Source: a virus
Taxonomy: Duplodnaviria > Caudoviricetes
IMG/VR virus record: IMGVR_UViG_3300010429_000387
Location: 288,001 to 352,000 of that record
Strand: one strand, 5' to 3'
DNA: 64,000 bases
Under the pieces are notes generated by a model that saw nothing but the letters and a program-made list of their open reading frames with translations, had not been told where the DNA came from and ran no database searches. Of the stretch, positions 18,251-28,073 are shown piece by piece. The first letter of the stretch is position 1. Each line of letters opens with the position of its first letter. The position numbers were made by a program, and so were the translations under genes.

Positions 18251-18966
18251 TCGTAGGGATTTCGGGTCTCACCATCGAGAGGGGGATCTTCGGGTTCTGG
18301 TCTCGACGGGGCAACGCTGGGGCTGGGAAGGACGAAGCCGCCAAGAGGCTCATTCAGGAGCATGGGTTCGTTCCCCTGGCCTTTGCCGACCCGATGAAGC
18401 GAATCATCAAGGAGGTCTACGCCTTCAGTGATGACCAGCTCTGGGGTCCGAGTGAGATGAGGAACCAGCCAGACCAGAGGTACCCTCAGCACATGTCCCA
18501 TGGCCCGGCCATTGTGGATGTGGTGGACGGCAAGACGGTCCCTCACTGCCTGACCCCCAGGTTTGCCCTCCAGACGCTTGGGGAGGAATGGGGCCGGAAC
18601 TGCTATCGAAACACCTGGGCAGAGTATGCTCTGCGGATAGCTAAGCTCATCGAAGCTGGGGGTTGGGACTACGACCAGAAGACTGGGCTCACCCGGCGAG
18701 ATGGGGCTCCATCTCGGAACGTGGTCATCACGGACCTTCGCTACAAGAACGAGGCGGAAGCAGTCCAGCTTGGAGATGGTTATCTCGTTCGGTGCAAGCG
18801 GGTGGTCCCCAAGCTGAAGGTGGTCCCCAACCACAAGAGCGAGGTGGATCTGCTCTCCGTCCACGATGACGACTTTAACTGGATCCTCAACAACGACGGG
18901 ACAGTTCAAGACCTCTGGAACAAGGTGGACGAGATGGTTCGAGTCTGGCTGGCGAGGGGCAAGTGA
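18247..18966 (+). CDS. Deoxynucleoside monophosphate kinase
   Basis: GNAGAGKD, FADPMK, TPRFALQTLGEEWGR, ITDLRYKNE, HKSE, NDGT. Confidence 0.88.
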   Translation: MIVGISGLTIERGIFGFWSRRGNAGAGKDEAAKRLIQEHGFVPLAFADPMKRIIKEVYAFSDDQLWGPSEMRNQPDQRYPQHMSHGPAIVDVVDGKTVPHCLTPRFALQTLGEEWGRNCYRNTWAEYALRIAKLIEAGGWDYDQKTGLTRRDGAPSRNVVITDLRYKNEAEAVQLGDGYLVRCKRVVPKLKVVPNHKSEVDLLSVHDDDFNWILNNDGTVQDLWNKVDEMVRVWLARGK

Positions 18967-19172
18967 GCTGCCAGACCTGTGGCGGGTACCGTTGGTTCGA
19001 TGACCGAGGGTTCCCTGCCTCAGGTCAGCCTGCCTTCGACTTCACCCCCTGTAAGACCTGCAACCCCGAAGGGAAGCGGGAGATGTGGGGGAACGAGCCA
19101 GGGGACCCAGGGTACAAGCCAGGACCCGATCATCGGTTCGTCATGGTCCTAAGGCCCGACGAACCGGTCTAG
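18963..19172 (+). CDS. Small CxxC protein
   Basis: CQTC, CKTC; GTGA overlap. Confidence 0.5.
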   Translation: MSCQTCGGYRWFDDRGFPASGQPAFDFTPCKTCNPEGKREMWGNEPGDPGYKPGPDHRFVMVLRPDEPV

Positions 19173-19393
19173 ATCACCTGACGAACCTCCCTGACAAGAT
19201 CCATGTATTCCCCGATCAAGTCAACTCGTTCGGCCTGGTCTGGGGTCTCGACCGTCCACTGGCCGAACATTTCAGCAAACCTGTCGAGTCTCTCCGCAAG
19301 ACGAAGTGACTCAAGGGTCCTCTGCTGACGGAGCTTGGCAGCGAGCCCTTCAGCGCTCTTTTGGAAGGAAGAGGCTAGGAGTGCTTCGCCCAA
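19169..19393 (-). CDS. Hypothetical protein
   Basis: Follows endolysin. Confidence 0.5.
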   Translation of the reverse strand: MGEALLASSFQKSAEGLAAKLRQQRTLESLRLAERLDRFAEMFGQWTVETPDQAERVDLIGEYMDLVREVRQVI

Positions 19394-19406
19394 GACTCAT
19401 GAACTC

Positions 19407-20186
19407 TCACAGGATCTTGGCAAGCTCGAAGTGCATCCCATCTTTTCGTGGGAAGTGTCCGCCCCAGTAGAACCCATGTTCGTTGGCAAGGGGTACGAGC
19501 TTTCGGACGGAGCCTTCCTTGCCAGCAAGTGCTGGAACAGCACCAAGGTAGTTCCAGGCCACATTGATGTCGAAGGCTGTCCCGAATGCGTGGTTGGACA
19601 AGATGGTCCGGCTTCCTCGGATGAACCTTGGGGCATAGGAACCACCCCAGGACTTCACGAGCGGTAGCAGACCAGCGTCTTCCCATGCCTTGAAGAGGGC
19701 TGTGAGTTGGTCAGCCCCCTTGCGGTGGAAGAGGATGCTGTTCCGGATTGGACCACCTTGAACACCTTGGAGCTGTGGGACAACCACGGTCACCATGTTC
19801 TTCGACACCCAACTGTCGGTGATCCGAATGCACTCAGGGTTGCTCGGAATTGAAGCCGGAATGAAGCTGAAACGCCCAAACAAGTCCTCCCTGGTCTTCT
19901 GACTCGGGGGGTTGAAGTTCGGAGGGATAGGCCACCGCTCATCAAGGTCCTCAGGGTTCTCCGTAGGTGGGTTGAAGCCCAACTCCTTGGCCTTCCCCAA
20001 GGTCTGTGGCCCCACCTTACCGTCTACATCCAGATTGAAGTCCTCCTGGAACTGGCTGGTGGCAGCTTCAGTAGCTTCACAGAAGAGCCCAAACCGGTTG
20101 ACTGCCTTCAGGTAATCCTTGGCAATGAGGAAGTTCTGCCAGTCAACGACAGGTTGCCCGGTGGAGCCCTTGAGGAGGATGTCCAT
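19407..20186 (-). CDS. Endolysin: peptidoglycan-binding domain plus M15 peptidase
   Basis: WQ.FL...FQ...LDVDGKVGPQT; SNHAFGTAFDIN, WGG.F...DGMHFE. Confidence 0.88.
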   Translation of the reverse strand: MDILLKGSTGQPVVDWQNFLIAKDYLKAVNRFGLFCEATEAATSQFQEDFNLDVDGKVGPQTLGKAKELGFNPPTENPEDLDERWPIPPNFNPPSQKTREDLFGRFSFIPASIPSNPECIRITDSWVSKNMVTVVVPQLQGVQGGPIRNSILFHRKGADQLTALFKAWEDAGLLPLVKSWGGSYAPRFIRGSRTILSNHAFGTAFDINVAWNYLGAVPALAGKEGSVRKLVPLANEHGFYWGGHFPRKDGMHFELAKIL

Positions 20187-20334
20187 GCCTACTCTGGCTG
20201 ATAAGTGGACTCGCAACCCTAAGATTCCGGGTGGTTGCAAAAAAGATCGGGGTTCGGTCGATTTGTGTTCGACAGACACAATCCCGTGGTGTAGATGACT
20301 GTGTAGGACGGACACAGTCATCCCTGAGGCCCAC

Positions 20335-21111
20335 ATGGTTGCACCCTTTGATCACGAAGAAGCTGAGGACAGGCGACTCAAGTATCGGTACGAGTTTCCG
20401 ATGGCAGCCCTCACCGTGGATGGGGTCGTATTCGGGTTCGACCCGGACGACGTTGACGACCCGCTCAAGGTTCTGCTGATCTTCCGTGGAGAGGAGCCCT
20501 TCAAGGATTGCTGGGCGATTCCAGGTGGGCACGTTAAGATCATCAACGATGAGGGCCTAGAAGATGCCGTTCGTCGGGAGCTTCGTGAGGAGACCGGGGC
20601 TACGATTTCCCACCTCGAACAGCTCTACACCTTTGCGGCCCCTCACCGGGACCCCCGTGGACGTGTTGTTTCGGTGGCCTACCTGGCCCTTGTTCGAGCT
20701 TCCGACTTCGATGTGAAGGGCGGGGACGATGCCACAGAGGCCCGGTGGGTCTCTGTCAACGACCTCAACTTCTCCGGCCAGCAGGTACCGCCCCTTCAAC
20801 TGGCCTTTGACCATGCGGAAATCCTGCTGACGGCCCTGACCCGGCTCCAAGGCAAGATCCGGTATGCCCCCATCGGGTTCAACCTCTTGCCCCCAAGGTT
20901 CACCCTCGCTCAGTTGCAACAACTGTACGAGGCAGTCCTTCAGAGGAAACTCGACAAGAGAAACTTCCGTAAGAGGATCCTCTCAATGGGAATCCTTGTT
21001 GAGGTCGGTGTCAATGAGGAACGTAAGCCGGGTCCGGCTGCCCGCCTCTATCGTTTCGACAAGCGGGCCTATGACCAGGCAGTGAAGCGTGGTTTCAACT
21101 TTGAGATGTAA
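20335..21111 (+). CDS. NrtR-family Nudix/wHTH regulator
   Basis: WAIPGG, RRELREETG, LEQLYTF...RDPRGR, LAFDH, FTL.QLQ.LYE...NFRKRIL. Confidence 0.9.
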   Translation: MVAPFDHEEAEDRRLKYRYEFPMAALTVDGVVFGFDPDDVDDPLKVLLIFRGEEPFKDCWAIPGGHVKIINDEGLEDAVRRELREETGATISHLEQLYTFAAPHRDPRGRVVSVAYLALVRASDFDVKGGDDATEARWVSVNDLNFSGQQVPPLQLAFDHAEILLTALTRLQGKIRYAPIGFNLLPPRFTLAQLQQLYEAVLQRKLDKRNFRKRILSMGILVEVGVNEERKPGPAARLYRFDKRAYDQAVKRGFNFEM

Positions 21112-21133
21112 CATCAGGAAAGGTAGGTAAACT

Positions 21134-22069
21134 ATGGGAAGCAGTCATTGGAGTGATGATTTCTACGCTCAACGTGAGCAAGTTCGGAAGAGCACTGGGA
21201 CCTCGGCCTTCGCTCACGATGCCGCTGTGAAGCGGGCGGCACCGAAGGACCAGAAGGTTCACGAGAAGTTGGACCCCAAGGGGGTCAAGTTCCGTGAGGC
21301 TCGGGACTCTCTGGCCCATCCGGAGTCGCTGCCCATCATGGTGATGCTGGACGTGACCGGGTCGATGCAGAACTCGCCCAGGGTGATCCAGGCAGCCCTC
21401 CCTAAGCTGATGGGGAGCATCACGACCTTGGGCGGGACCCAGCACCCTCAGATCCTCTTCGGGGCCATTGGGGATTCCAGGTCGGATCGAGGGTCCCTCC
21501 AGGTCGGCCAGTTCGAGAGTGGGATCGAGATGGATGACGACCTCGGTCGGTTCTGGCTCGAAGGTGGCGGTGGTGGTTCGGGCGAGGAGTCCTACCAGAA
21601 CGCCATCTACTTTGCGGCTCGCCACACGGTCACGGACCATTGGGAGAAGCGCCAGAAGAAAGGCTACCTCTTCATGATCGGGGATGAACTCCCCTACCCT
21701 CAGGTCAGTGCTTCCGAGATCATGACCCTCTGTGACAAGAGCCTCGAAGGGGTGAACATCCCGACGGAGCAGATCGTCAAGGAGGCCCAGGAGCGGTACA
21801 ACGTCTTCTTCATCATCCCACGTCACGCTGACCATGGGTCGGATCCCCGTCTCCGTCAGAGGTGGAGTGACCTTCTTGGGGAAGACCATGTCATCCTGAT
21901 GGACCGGGAAGACTTGATCTCCGAGACCATCGCCCTGGCAATCGGCCTGTGTGAGGGGAACGTGAACCTCGAATCGGAGAAGGTTGATGCCTCGGTGGCG
22001 CTCTCCCTCCGGACCCTCGCTGCAAGCCTCGGGAAGAAGATCCCGACCCCCAAGACCGTTCGCCTGTAA
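21134..22069 (+). CDS. VWA-fold protein
   Basis: LDVTGSM, GQFES, EGGGGG...ESY, IGDE. Confidence 0.8.
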   Translation: MGSSHWSDDFYAQREQVRKSTGTSAFAHDAAVKRAAPKDQKVHEKLDPKGVKFREARDSLAHPESLPIMVMLDVTGSMQNSPRVIQAALPKLMGSITTLGGTQHPQILFGAIGDSRSDRGSLQVGQFESGIEMDDDLGRFWLEGGGGGSGEESYQNAIYFAARHTVTDHWEKRQKKGYLFMIGDELPYPQVSASEIMTLCDKSLEGVNIPTEQIVKEAQERYNVFFIIPRHADHGSDPRLRQRWSDLLGEDHVILMDREDLISETIALAIGLCEGNVNLESEKVDASVALSLRTLAASLGKKIPTPKTVRL

Positions 22070-22119
22070 CTCGTTCACGAAGCCGGGGAGGAGGGGTCCT
22101 CCCCGGTTCTGAGGTTGTC

Positions 22120-23457
22120 ATGTCAAAGGTCATCTTGGTTGCTGGAGCAGGCTTCGGAGACGAGGGCAAGGGGTCGATTGTAGACCACCTGACCCGCAAG
22201 CACTCGGCCCAAACCATCGTTCGCTACAACGGGGGAGCCCAAGCAGCCCACAACGTTGTGGACCCCGACGGGAGGCACCACACCTTCTCCCAGTTCGGGT
22301 CGGGTACCCTTGCTGGGGCCAAGACCCACCTCAGTCGATTCATGCTGGTGAACCCCATCTCGATGATCTCCGAGGGCAATCACCTGGTCTCCCTGGGGGT
22401 CTCAGACGCCTTCCAGAGGGTGACAGTAGATGGTGAAGCCCTGGTCACCACACCCTTCCACGTCTCCCTCAACCGAATCCGGGAGTTGTGCCGGGATGCT
22501 GGGGAGGGGCGGCACGGGTCCTGTGGAATGGGAATCGGAGAGACTGTGGCCTATGCAGTAGCCAACCCTGAGGGGGCTATCAGGTTCAAGGACCTTTCCA
22601 ATCCAGGGACCCTGATGGTGAAGCTCGGGGACCTCCAGGACTACATGGTCACGGAGGCCAGCAAACTGGTGGGCAAGGTTCCCCTCAATGATGGCTTGGA
22701 GAAGGAGTGCAAGCTCATTTGCCAAGATGAGTTGGCGTCAATCTGCTTGGAGTGGTTCGCTAAGCTCCTGAGTCTTGGGGTCAGATCAGTAGGCCCTGAG
22801 TATCTGTCGGCAGTCCTCACCAAAGGGACAACCATCTTCGAGGGAGCCCAAGGGGTTCTCTTGGATGAGGAGTGGGGCTTCCATCCCTTCACGACCCGGA
22901 GCAACTGTACCTTCGAGAACGCCCTCCAGCTCATCGAGGGCTTCAATGGTGAGGTCACCAAGGTAGGGGTCCTTCGAGCCTACCACACTCGGCACGGGGC
23001 TGGCCCCTTCCCAACTGAGAGCCCAGAGGTCAAGGCTACAGGAGACCACAATGGGGTCGGACCTTGGCAGAAAGGATTCCGAGCCGGGTACTTCGACTTC
23101 GTGTTGGCCCGGTATGCTCGTCTGGCCCTCGGGGGCGTCGATGAGGTGGCCCTCTGCCATCTCGACCACGTCCAGGGACCCCAGAAGGTCTGCCTCGCCT
23201 ACGCATGGCCCCACTGGTATGGCCCTCAAGGCCCGAACCAGTACAAGATCCACAAGATACCCAGGGCAGACTACGAGCGGCTGAAGGCAATGTTCGATGA
23301 AGAGGGGAGCACGTATCAGCACCCCTACGACGGGACGATAGAGCCTGTCTACACGACACTTCCGAGCGTTGACCGTCTGATCTCCGGTGTAGAGAAGGCT
23401 ATGAGAGCACCTGTGACGATTCGATCCTATGGGACTAGAGCTGGAGACAAGCGATGA
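22120..23457 (+). CDS. Divergent adenylosuccinate-synthetase-like (PurA fold) protein
   Basis: GDEGKG, NGGAQAAH, HGSCGMGIGE, FEGAQG.LLD, TRHGAGPFPTE; TTGR loop absent. Confidence 0.85.
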   Translation: MSKVILVAGAGFGDEGKGSIVDHLTRKHSAQTIVRYNGGAQAAHNVVDPDGRHHTFSQFGSGTLAGAKTHLSRFMLVNPISMISEGNHLVSLGVSDAFQRVTVDGEALVTTPFHVSLNRIRELCRDAGEGRHGSCGMGIGETVAYAVANPEGAIRFKDLSNPGTLMVKLGDLQDYMVTEASKLVGKVPLNDGLEKECKLICQDELASICLEWFAKLLSLGVRSVGPEYLSAVLTKGTTIFEGAQGVLLDEEWGFHPFTTRSNCTFENALQLIEGFNGEVTKVGVLRAYHTRHGAGPFPTESPEVKATGDHNGVGPWQKGFRAGYFDFVLARYARLALGGVDEVALCHLDHVQGPQKVCLAYAWPHWYGPQGPNQYKIHKIPRADYERLKAMFDEEGSTYQHPYDGTIEPVYTTLPSVDRLISGVEKAMRAPVTIRSYGTRAGDKR

Positions 23458-24452
23458 GCGTCAAGGCGGTCCTGGCTCAGACGGAGCACCTGAACAGGCT
23501 GGTGGCTTCGATTCGGTTCGACAAGCCTGGGGTGAAGTCCGTCAAGTTCGGGGACAAGACCCTGGTCGTTCAGGGGCGGGTGCTTCAGGGGGACCTCTGC
23601 GACATCTACGAGGGTACCTACACAGACCCGAAGCCCGTGGATGAGACCGCCAAGACTGTCGGCACCCGGTTCGACCGGATCCTTGACGATGAAGACGAGG
23701 TTGAAGGTGGGATTCCTGTGCTGGTCAAGGTAGCGAGGAGCGACCTCGACAACGACCTGGTTGAGAACGAGGCCAACAACCTGGGTGTCCTCTACCCTCT
23801 CACCGAGAAGGACGAGAAGTTCTACCGGTACCTCCCCCGAAGCTATGGGGGGTTCAAGACCAAGAACGAGCTTCAAGCCCACATCCTTGGCAGGATCGAT
23901 GGGTTCGTCACCTTGGCTGACATCTTGAAAGCCTACCCGAAGGGACTGGACTTCCGGGACATGGTCTGGATGTTCAAGCGGACCCTGGCCGGGATCGGGT
24001 TCGCTCACGAGAACAAGTTCGTCCACGGGGCGATCCTGCCACCTCACCTGATGTTCCACCCGACCGACCACGGGGCAAAGATCATCGACTGGTCCTACTC
24101 GATTCGGATGACCAGCTCCAAGGGGGGTCGGCTCAAGGCCATGGTGGCAGGGTACGAGGATTTCTACGCTCCGGAGATTCCTGACCGGAGAGACACCAAC
24201 CAGACGGCAGACCTGTACATGGTTGCCAAGTGCATGATGGCGACCTTGGGGGCGGACCTGAAGACGAACGCCATGCCGGACTCGGTACCCAAGCCTCTTC
24301 AGGACTTCCTTCGTCGCTTTATCGACCCCCAGCCTGGGATGAGGGTCTCCGATGCGTGGGCACTCCACGATGTCCTTGACGGGATCCTGCTGGACCTCGT
24401 TGGGAAGCCCAAGTACCGACCGCTCAAGATGCCATCCCACACGGCCCCCTAA
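23454..24452 (+). CDS. Atypical protein-kinase-fold protein with internal RF tag
   Basis: LVK...E, HGAILPPHL (no catalytic Asp), IIDW, YAPE, DLY. Confidence 0.75.
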   Translation: MSVKAVLAQTEHLNRLVASIRFDKPGVKSVKFGDKTLVVQGRVLQGDLCDIYEGTYTDPKPVDETAKTVGTRFDRILDDEDEVEGGIPVLVKVARSDLDNDLVENEANNLGVLYPLTEKDEKFYRYLPRSYGGFKTKNELQAHILGRIDGFVTLADILKAYPKGLDFRDMVWMFKRTLAGIGFAHENKFVHGAILPPHLMFHPTDHGAKIIDWSYSIRMTSSKGGRLKAMVAGYEDFYAPEIPDRRDTNQTADLYMVAKCMMATLGADLKTNAMPDSVPKPLQDFLRRFIDPQPGMRVSDAWALHDVLDGILLDLVGKPKYRPLKMPSHTAP

Positions 24453-24475
24453 AGCCCTTTTCAAGTCTGTAGGGT

Positions 24476-25219
24476 ATGGCCGACAGACTACCCGATCAGA
24501 AAACGCCCTCAACCAAAGAAGAGCTGCTCGAAGCCCTCTGGAGGGCCTGGCTTCACCTGTTTGGGGAGCCTCCCAAGAAGGAATCCATCTGGATCCTGAT
24601 GGCACAATGGGCCTTGGAAACCGGATGGGGCAAGTATTGCCACAACTACAACCTCGGGAACGTGAAGTCCTCGAACGGGGACGGGTACGACTACACCTAC
24701 TTCGCTTGCAACGAGATCCTGAAGACAGCTCAGGCTCAAGCCTATGCTGCGAAGAGTCCGGACACAGCCAAGATCACCGTCTACCGGAAGGATGGAACGG
24801 CCATCATCTGGTTCTATCCGGACCACCCTGGTTGCCGGTTCCGAGCCTTCCACACGCTCCTGGAAGGGGCTACTGACCACATCAGTATCGTTCACAAGCG
24901 GTTCTCGAAGGCATGGCCTGCTGTGATTGCTGGCAATCCAGCTCAGTATTCCCACATGCTTCGGCAGCAGGGGTACTACACGGCTGACGAGTCCAGCTAC
25001 ACGAAGACCCTGGTGTCGGTCTACAACACCATCAAGGCGGTCAAGTTCGATTACGACTCTCTCCCCGTGGTGAACGAGGAACAGAGTGAACGGATCATGA
25101 ACTTGGTTGCTCTGACCATGCAGCAAAGCATCGAGGAGAGCACCCGATTCACACGGGTGCTATTCGATGATGAGGACGAGAATCCAACAGTGGATGAGTC
25201 GGGGAAAGCGAACGCCTGA
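24476..25219 (+). CDS. GH73/FlgJ-like glucosaminidase, RF-tagged
   Basis: AQWALETGWG, YNLGNVK, FRAF, GYYTA...Y; STRFTRVLFDDEDE. Confidence 0.75.
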   Translation: MADRLPDQKTPSTKEELLEALWRAWLHLFGEPPKKESIWILMAQWALETGWGKYCHNYNLGNVKSSNGDGYDYTYFACNEILKTAQAQAYAAKSPDTAKITVYRKDGTAIIWFYPDHPGCRFRAFHTLLEGATDHISIVHKRFSKAWPAVIAGNPAQYSHMLRQQGYYTADESSYTKTLVSVYNTIKAVKFDYDSLPVVNEEQSERIMNLVALTMQQSIEESTRFTRVLFDDEDENPTVDESGKANA

Positions 25220-25225
25220 GGGCGC

Positions 25226-25582
25226 TCAGTTCTTCCCTTTCCTGCCACTTTTCTTGGTCCAGTTCTCTGGCGGGGCCGGAGTCGGAGCGGGAGCCGGGGC
25301 TTCCTCAACGGGGGCCTCGGGCTCAGCCTTGACAGGCTCCTCTGCTTTGACAGGCTCGGGGGCTGGGACAGCCTTCCGGACCTCCATCTCTCCAACGATC
25401 AGGGTGCCCTTGGAGGATGAGGCAGACTCTACCTGAGTGACAACCGGCTTCCGAAGCTCCTGGACCTCTTCGATGAGTTCCAGAATGTAGTTGGTCGCAT
25501 TTCCGAGGGTTGCACCAGAGCCCATGGCCTGGATTGCCCGAGCCCTGAGGTCGATGAGTTCCTGATCTGTCATTCGAGCCAT
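25226..25582 (-). CDS. Hypothetical protein with Pro/Glu-rich tail
   Basis: GGAGG RBS. Confidence 0.65.
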   Translation of the reverse strand: MARMTDQELIDLRARAIQAMGSGATLGNATNYILELIEEVQELRKPVVTQVESASSSKGTLIVGEMEVRKAVPAPEPVKAEEPVKAEPEAPVEEAPAPAPTPAPPENWTKKSGRKGKN

Positions 25583-25628
25583 TCTAGTCCTCCAGTCTGT
25601 CTCCTTGATAAGTAGATCCAGCCACTAC

Positions 25629-26459
25629 TCAGAAGGAGAAGCGTTCTGCCCGACGGGTCATCCGAATGTTGGAGAGCATGTAGCTGGTCCTGAATGGTAG
25701 GACCTGCGGGCTGGTCTCCAACTGGAACAACGGACCCCCTCGAAGTACGAGGGACGAGACCAGGAAATCTGGGGGTGTGTCTGAAGGGTCTTCCTTGGGG
25801 GGAGGTGCCAGCCAGGCAACCACGTCAGCATCCTTGAAGGTTGGTGCCTTAGTCTGCATCCACCGAAGAGCAAGACCCATCCTACGACGGCTCTCGGTCT
25901 CACCCTTGTCACAGGACCCGCTAGCATAGACCTTCAGCTTGTCCTGGAGGGGTGTCATGCCACAAGAGGCAAAAGAGGTTCGTAGAACAGCCAGAGCTGC
26001 ATGGAAGCACTTCTTCCGGTCGGACACTAGGTCTTCCCCACCCCAACCCTCATCTGCTTTGGTGGTGAAACGGTAACCTCCTCCGATGTTCACCACGATC
26101 CGGGTAGGAGTTTTCCCTTGGGTATTGGCCTTCCCAAGGTTGAGCTGATTCAGGCACCAACTCTTGCCACCGTCTCCTCTTGAGAGTTTCCCTTCACCGT
26201 AGTCAACGTCCTTGCGAAAACCACTCTCAAACGTGGCAACAGCGAGCAAGACGTTGATGGTCTTGATCCTGGCAGTATCCCCTGAGAACAAGGGTTTCTC
26301 CGAAGGATCATAGACTACTTCGATTGCGTCACGGGCGATTGACTCATACCGCTCCTGAGCTTCTTCAGCCGTCTCCTTAGCCTCTGGGATGTACTGAGGC
26401 CGTCCCATAGGGGCAACGGCAGACATGAGCGACAGAATCCATGCGATTACTAGGTCCAA
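25629..26459 (-). CDS. Secreted lysozyme/lytic-transglycosylase-like protein
   Basis: Signal-like N-terminus; AVATFESGF...GKSWCLNQL; AGGAGG RBS. Confidence 0.5.
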   Translation of the reverse strand: MDLVIAWILSLMSAVAPMGRPQYIPEAKETAEEAQERYESIARDAIEVVYDPSEKPLFSGDTARIKTINVLLAVATFESGFRKDVDYGEGKLSRGDGGKSWCLNQLNLGKANTQGKTPTRIVVNIGGGYRFTTKADEGWGGEDLVSDRKKCFHAALAVLRTSFASCGMTPLQDKLKVYASGSCDKGETESRRRMGLALRWMQTKAPTFKDADVVAWLAPPPKEDPSDTPPDFLVSSLVLRGGPLFQLETSPQVLPFRTSYMLSNIRMTRRAERFSF

Positions 26460-26980
26460 GGCGTATCCTCCTTCTTAGGGGGGCGTCTTCACTTCTGGTG
26501 ATAGGTCCTCTTCCACTTGGCTTTTAGACGCTATCCCACTTGATTTGGTCGGGGCGTTTCGGTGGCTGTCATCCTATTAGGAGGTGGGGTCAGACGATAC
26601 CGCTCCTAACATTCGGGTCAATCAAAAAGTAACCGATGACCGCTACCACCTAGACTTGATCCATCTGTACACTTTCAACGTGATTTGCAGCGTTACACAC
26701 CTCTTTTGACAGTAGTTCCCACACCCACACTCAAGGGGTCAACACAGGGTCGAGTCTCCTTGAGCCTGGAGGGTTACGACCTGGTCTAGCTCTCGGTTTT
26801 CAGGGGTAGTCTGGCTGACCAACAGGGTCCATCTATCGACATGGCCCTTCCAGTTACACCGGCAGCGGAACCTACACCTGGACCACACTGAAGGTGCTGG
26901 TAGCAGATTCCCATGTGGGGTGATCTACACCGGAACCCGATTTCACAGAATGAGCTTATCCAATCAGCTAAAGTGAGAAC

Positions 26981-27670
26981 ATGTCAACCCGCTGGTCTAC
27001 TAAGAGGGTCCCTTTGGACTTCGACTGGCCCCTGGGCCAAGTGTGGCATGGGTATGTCAACCCATGGCCTGGCCCTGTCATTTGCGGTCAGTGCTTAGGG
27101 ACTGGGTTGAGTACCGAGGGGAAGAGGCTCTACGACTCTTTTCGTAGTTGGTCATTTCGGATGACGGATGTGGAGGCCACCTTGCTCCGGGCGGGAGGGG
27201 TCTCTGCTCGGGACGTTACTAGACTCCGAAACCGAAACTGGACGGCAGACACTCCAAGCGTTCGGATCCTCTTGGTGGAGATCCGAACCAAGAGGAAGGG
27301 TACCTGGAAAGCCTGTGACACTTGTGCTGGGTCTCTGATGGTACCCAACCCAAACCCAGCCGTTCAACAGCTCTACGAGGGTGTGGATCTCTACGAGGAG
27401 TGGACCCCCATTGAACCCCCGAAAGGAGATGGCTGGCAACTCTGGACCGGAGAGGCCCCTGATGGTCGGCCCTACTCCCCAGTGTTCTCTTCCTGTGAGG
27501 ACCTAGCCAAGTGGTGCTCCAAGAAGTTCAAGACGGCCTATCAGGACTGGCTTGTGTGGGCTCAACGAGAATGCCTTATCACTGACGAGCCCAAGGACCC
27601 AGTGTTCCAGCTCAAGAGTGACAGCTTGCGAGTCTACATGGCACCCCCCACCCCAACCAAGAGAACCTGA
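26981..27670 (+). CDS. Conserved phage hypothetical protein
   Basis: CxxCxG x2; WTPIEPPKGDGWQLW...SPVF. Confidence 0.7.
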   Translation: MSTRWSTKRVPLDFDWPLGQVWHGYVNPWPGPVICGQCLGTGLSTEGKRLYDSFRSWSFRMTDVEATLLRAGGVSARDVTRLRNRNWTADTPSVRILLVEIRTKRKGTWKACDTCAGSLMVPNPNPAVQQLYEGVDLYEEWTPIEPPKGDGWQLWTGEAPDGRPYSPVFSSCEDLAKWCSKKFKTAYQDWLVWAQRECLITDEPKDPVFQLKSDSLRVYMAPPTPTKRT

Positions 27671-27918
27671 TGCTCTTCACCCAATGGTTGGACACCCAGA
27701 GGTACCGAGGGGACCTGGTAGGGGAACTGGCCGAACAGGTACACTGTAGGAGATGGCCCCACACGGACGACCTGAGGGTACTTCGAGTTCGGATGACCTT
27801 GGAACGGGCCACCCCCTTGGCAGTGAAAGCGCTTCACCTGGCCCATGAAGAGTGGGTCCTAACCAGGCATCTGCCGCCATTGACGGTCGTCCCCTCCTAT
27901 CCACTCCCTCTCAACTGA
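27670..27918 (+). CDS. YozE SAM-like protein
   Basis: FTQWL..Q..R.D.VGELA. Confidence 0.5.
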   Translation: MLFTQWLDTQRYRGDLVGELAEQVHCRRWPHTDDLRVLRVRMTLERATPLAVKALHLAHEEWVLTRHLPPLTVVPSYPLPLN

Positions 27919-28073
27919 CGGCAGTTCTCTCTTCCTGGTGTAGTCCGGGTGGCCTGGACGGAGGTCGAGTGCCCTTCCGTTCGGTAGCTTGAGAAACATC
28001 AGGATCTCGGTGGATCCTCGGTGTATTTGATCATGTGCCCCGATCATCCCCTGGAAGTCGAGAGAACTAAGCG

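Noticed and set aside
22120-23457. PurZ / Z-genome pathway
   Set aside because: Retains Asp in GDEGKG (PurZ has Ser); no DatZ- or MazZ-like neighbours recognised
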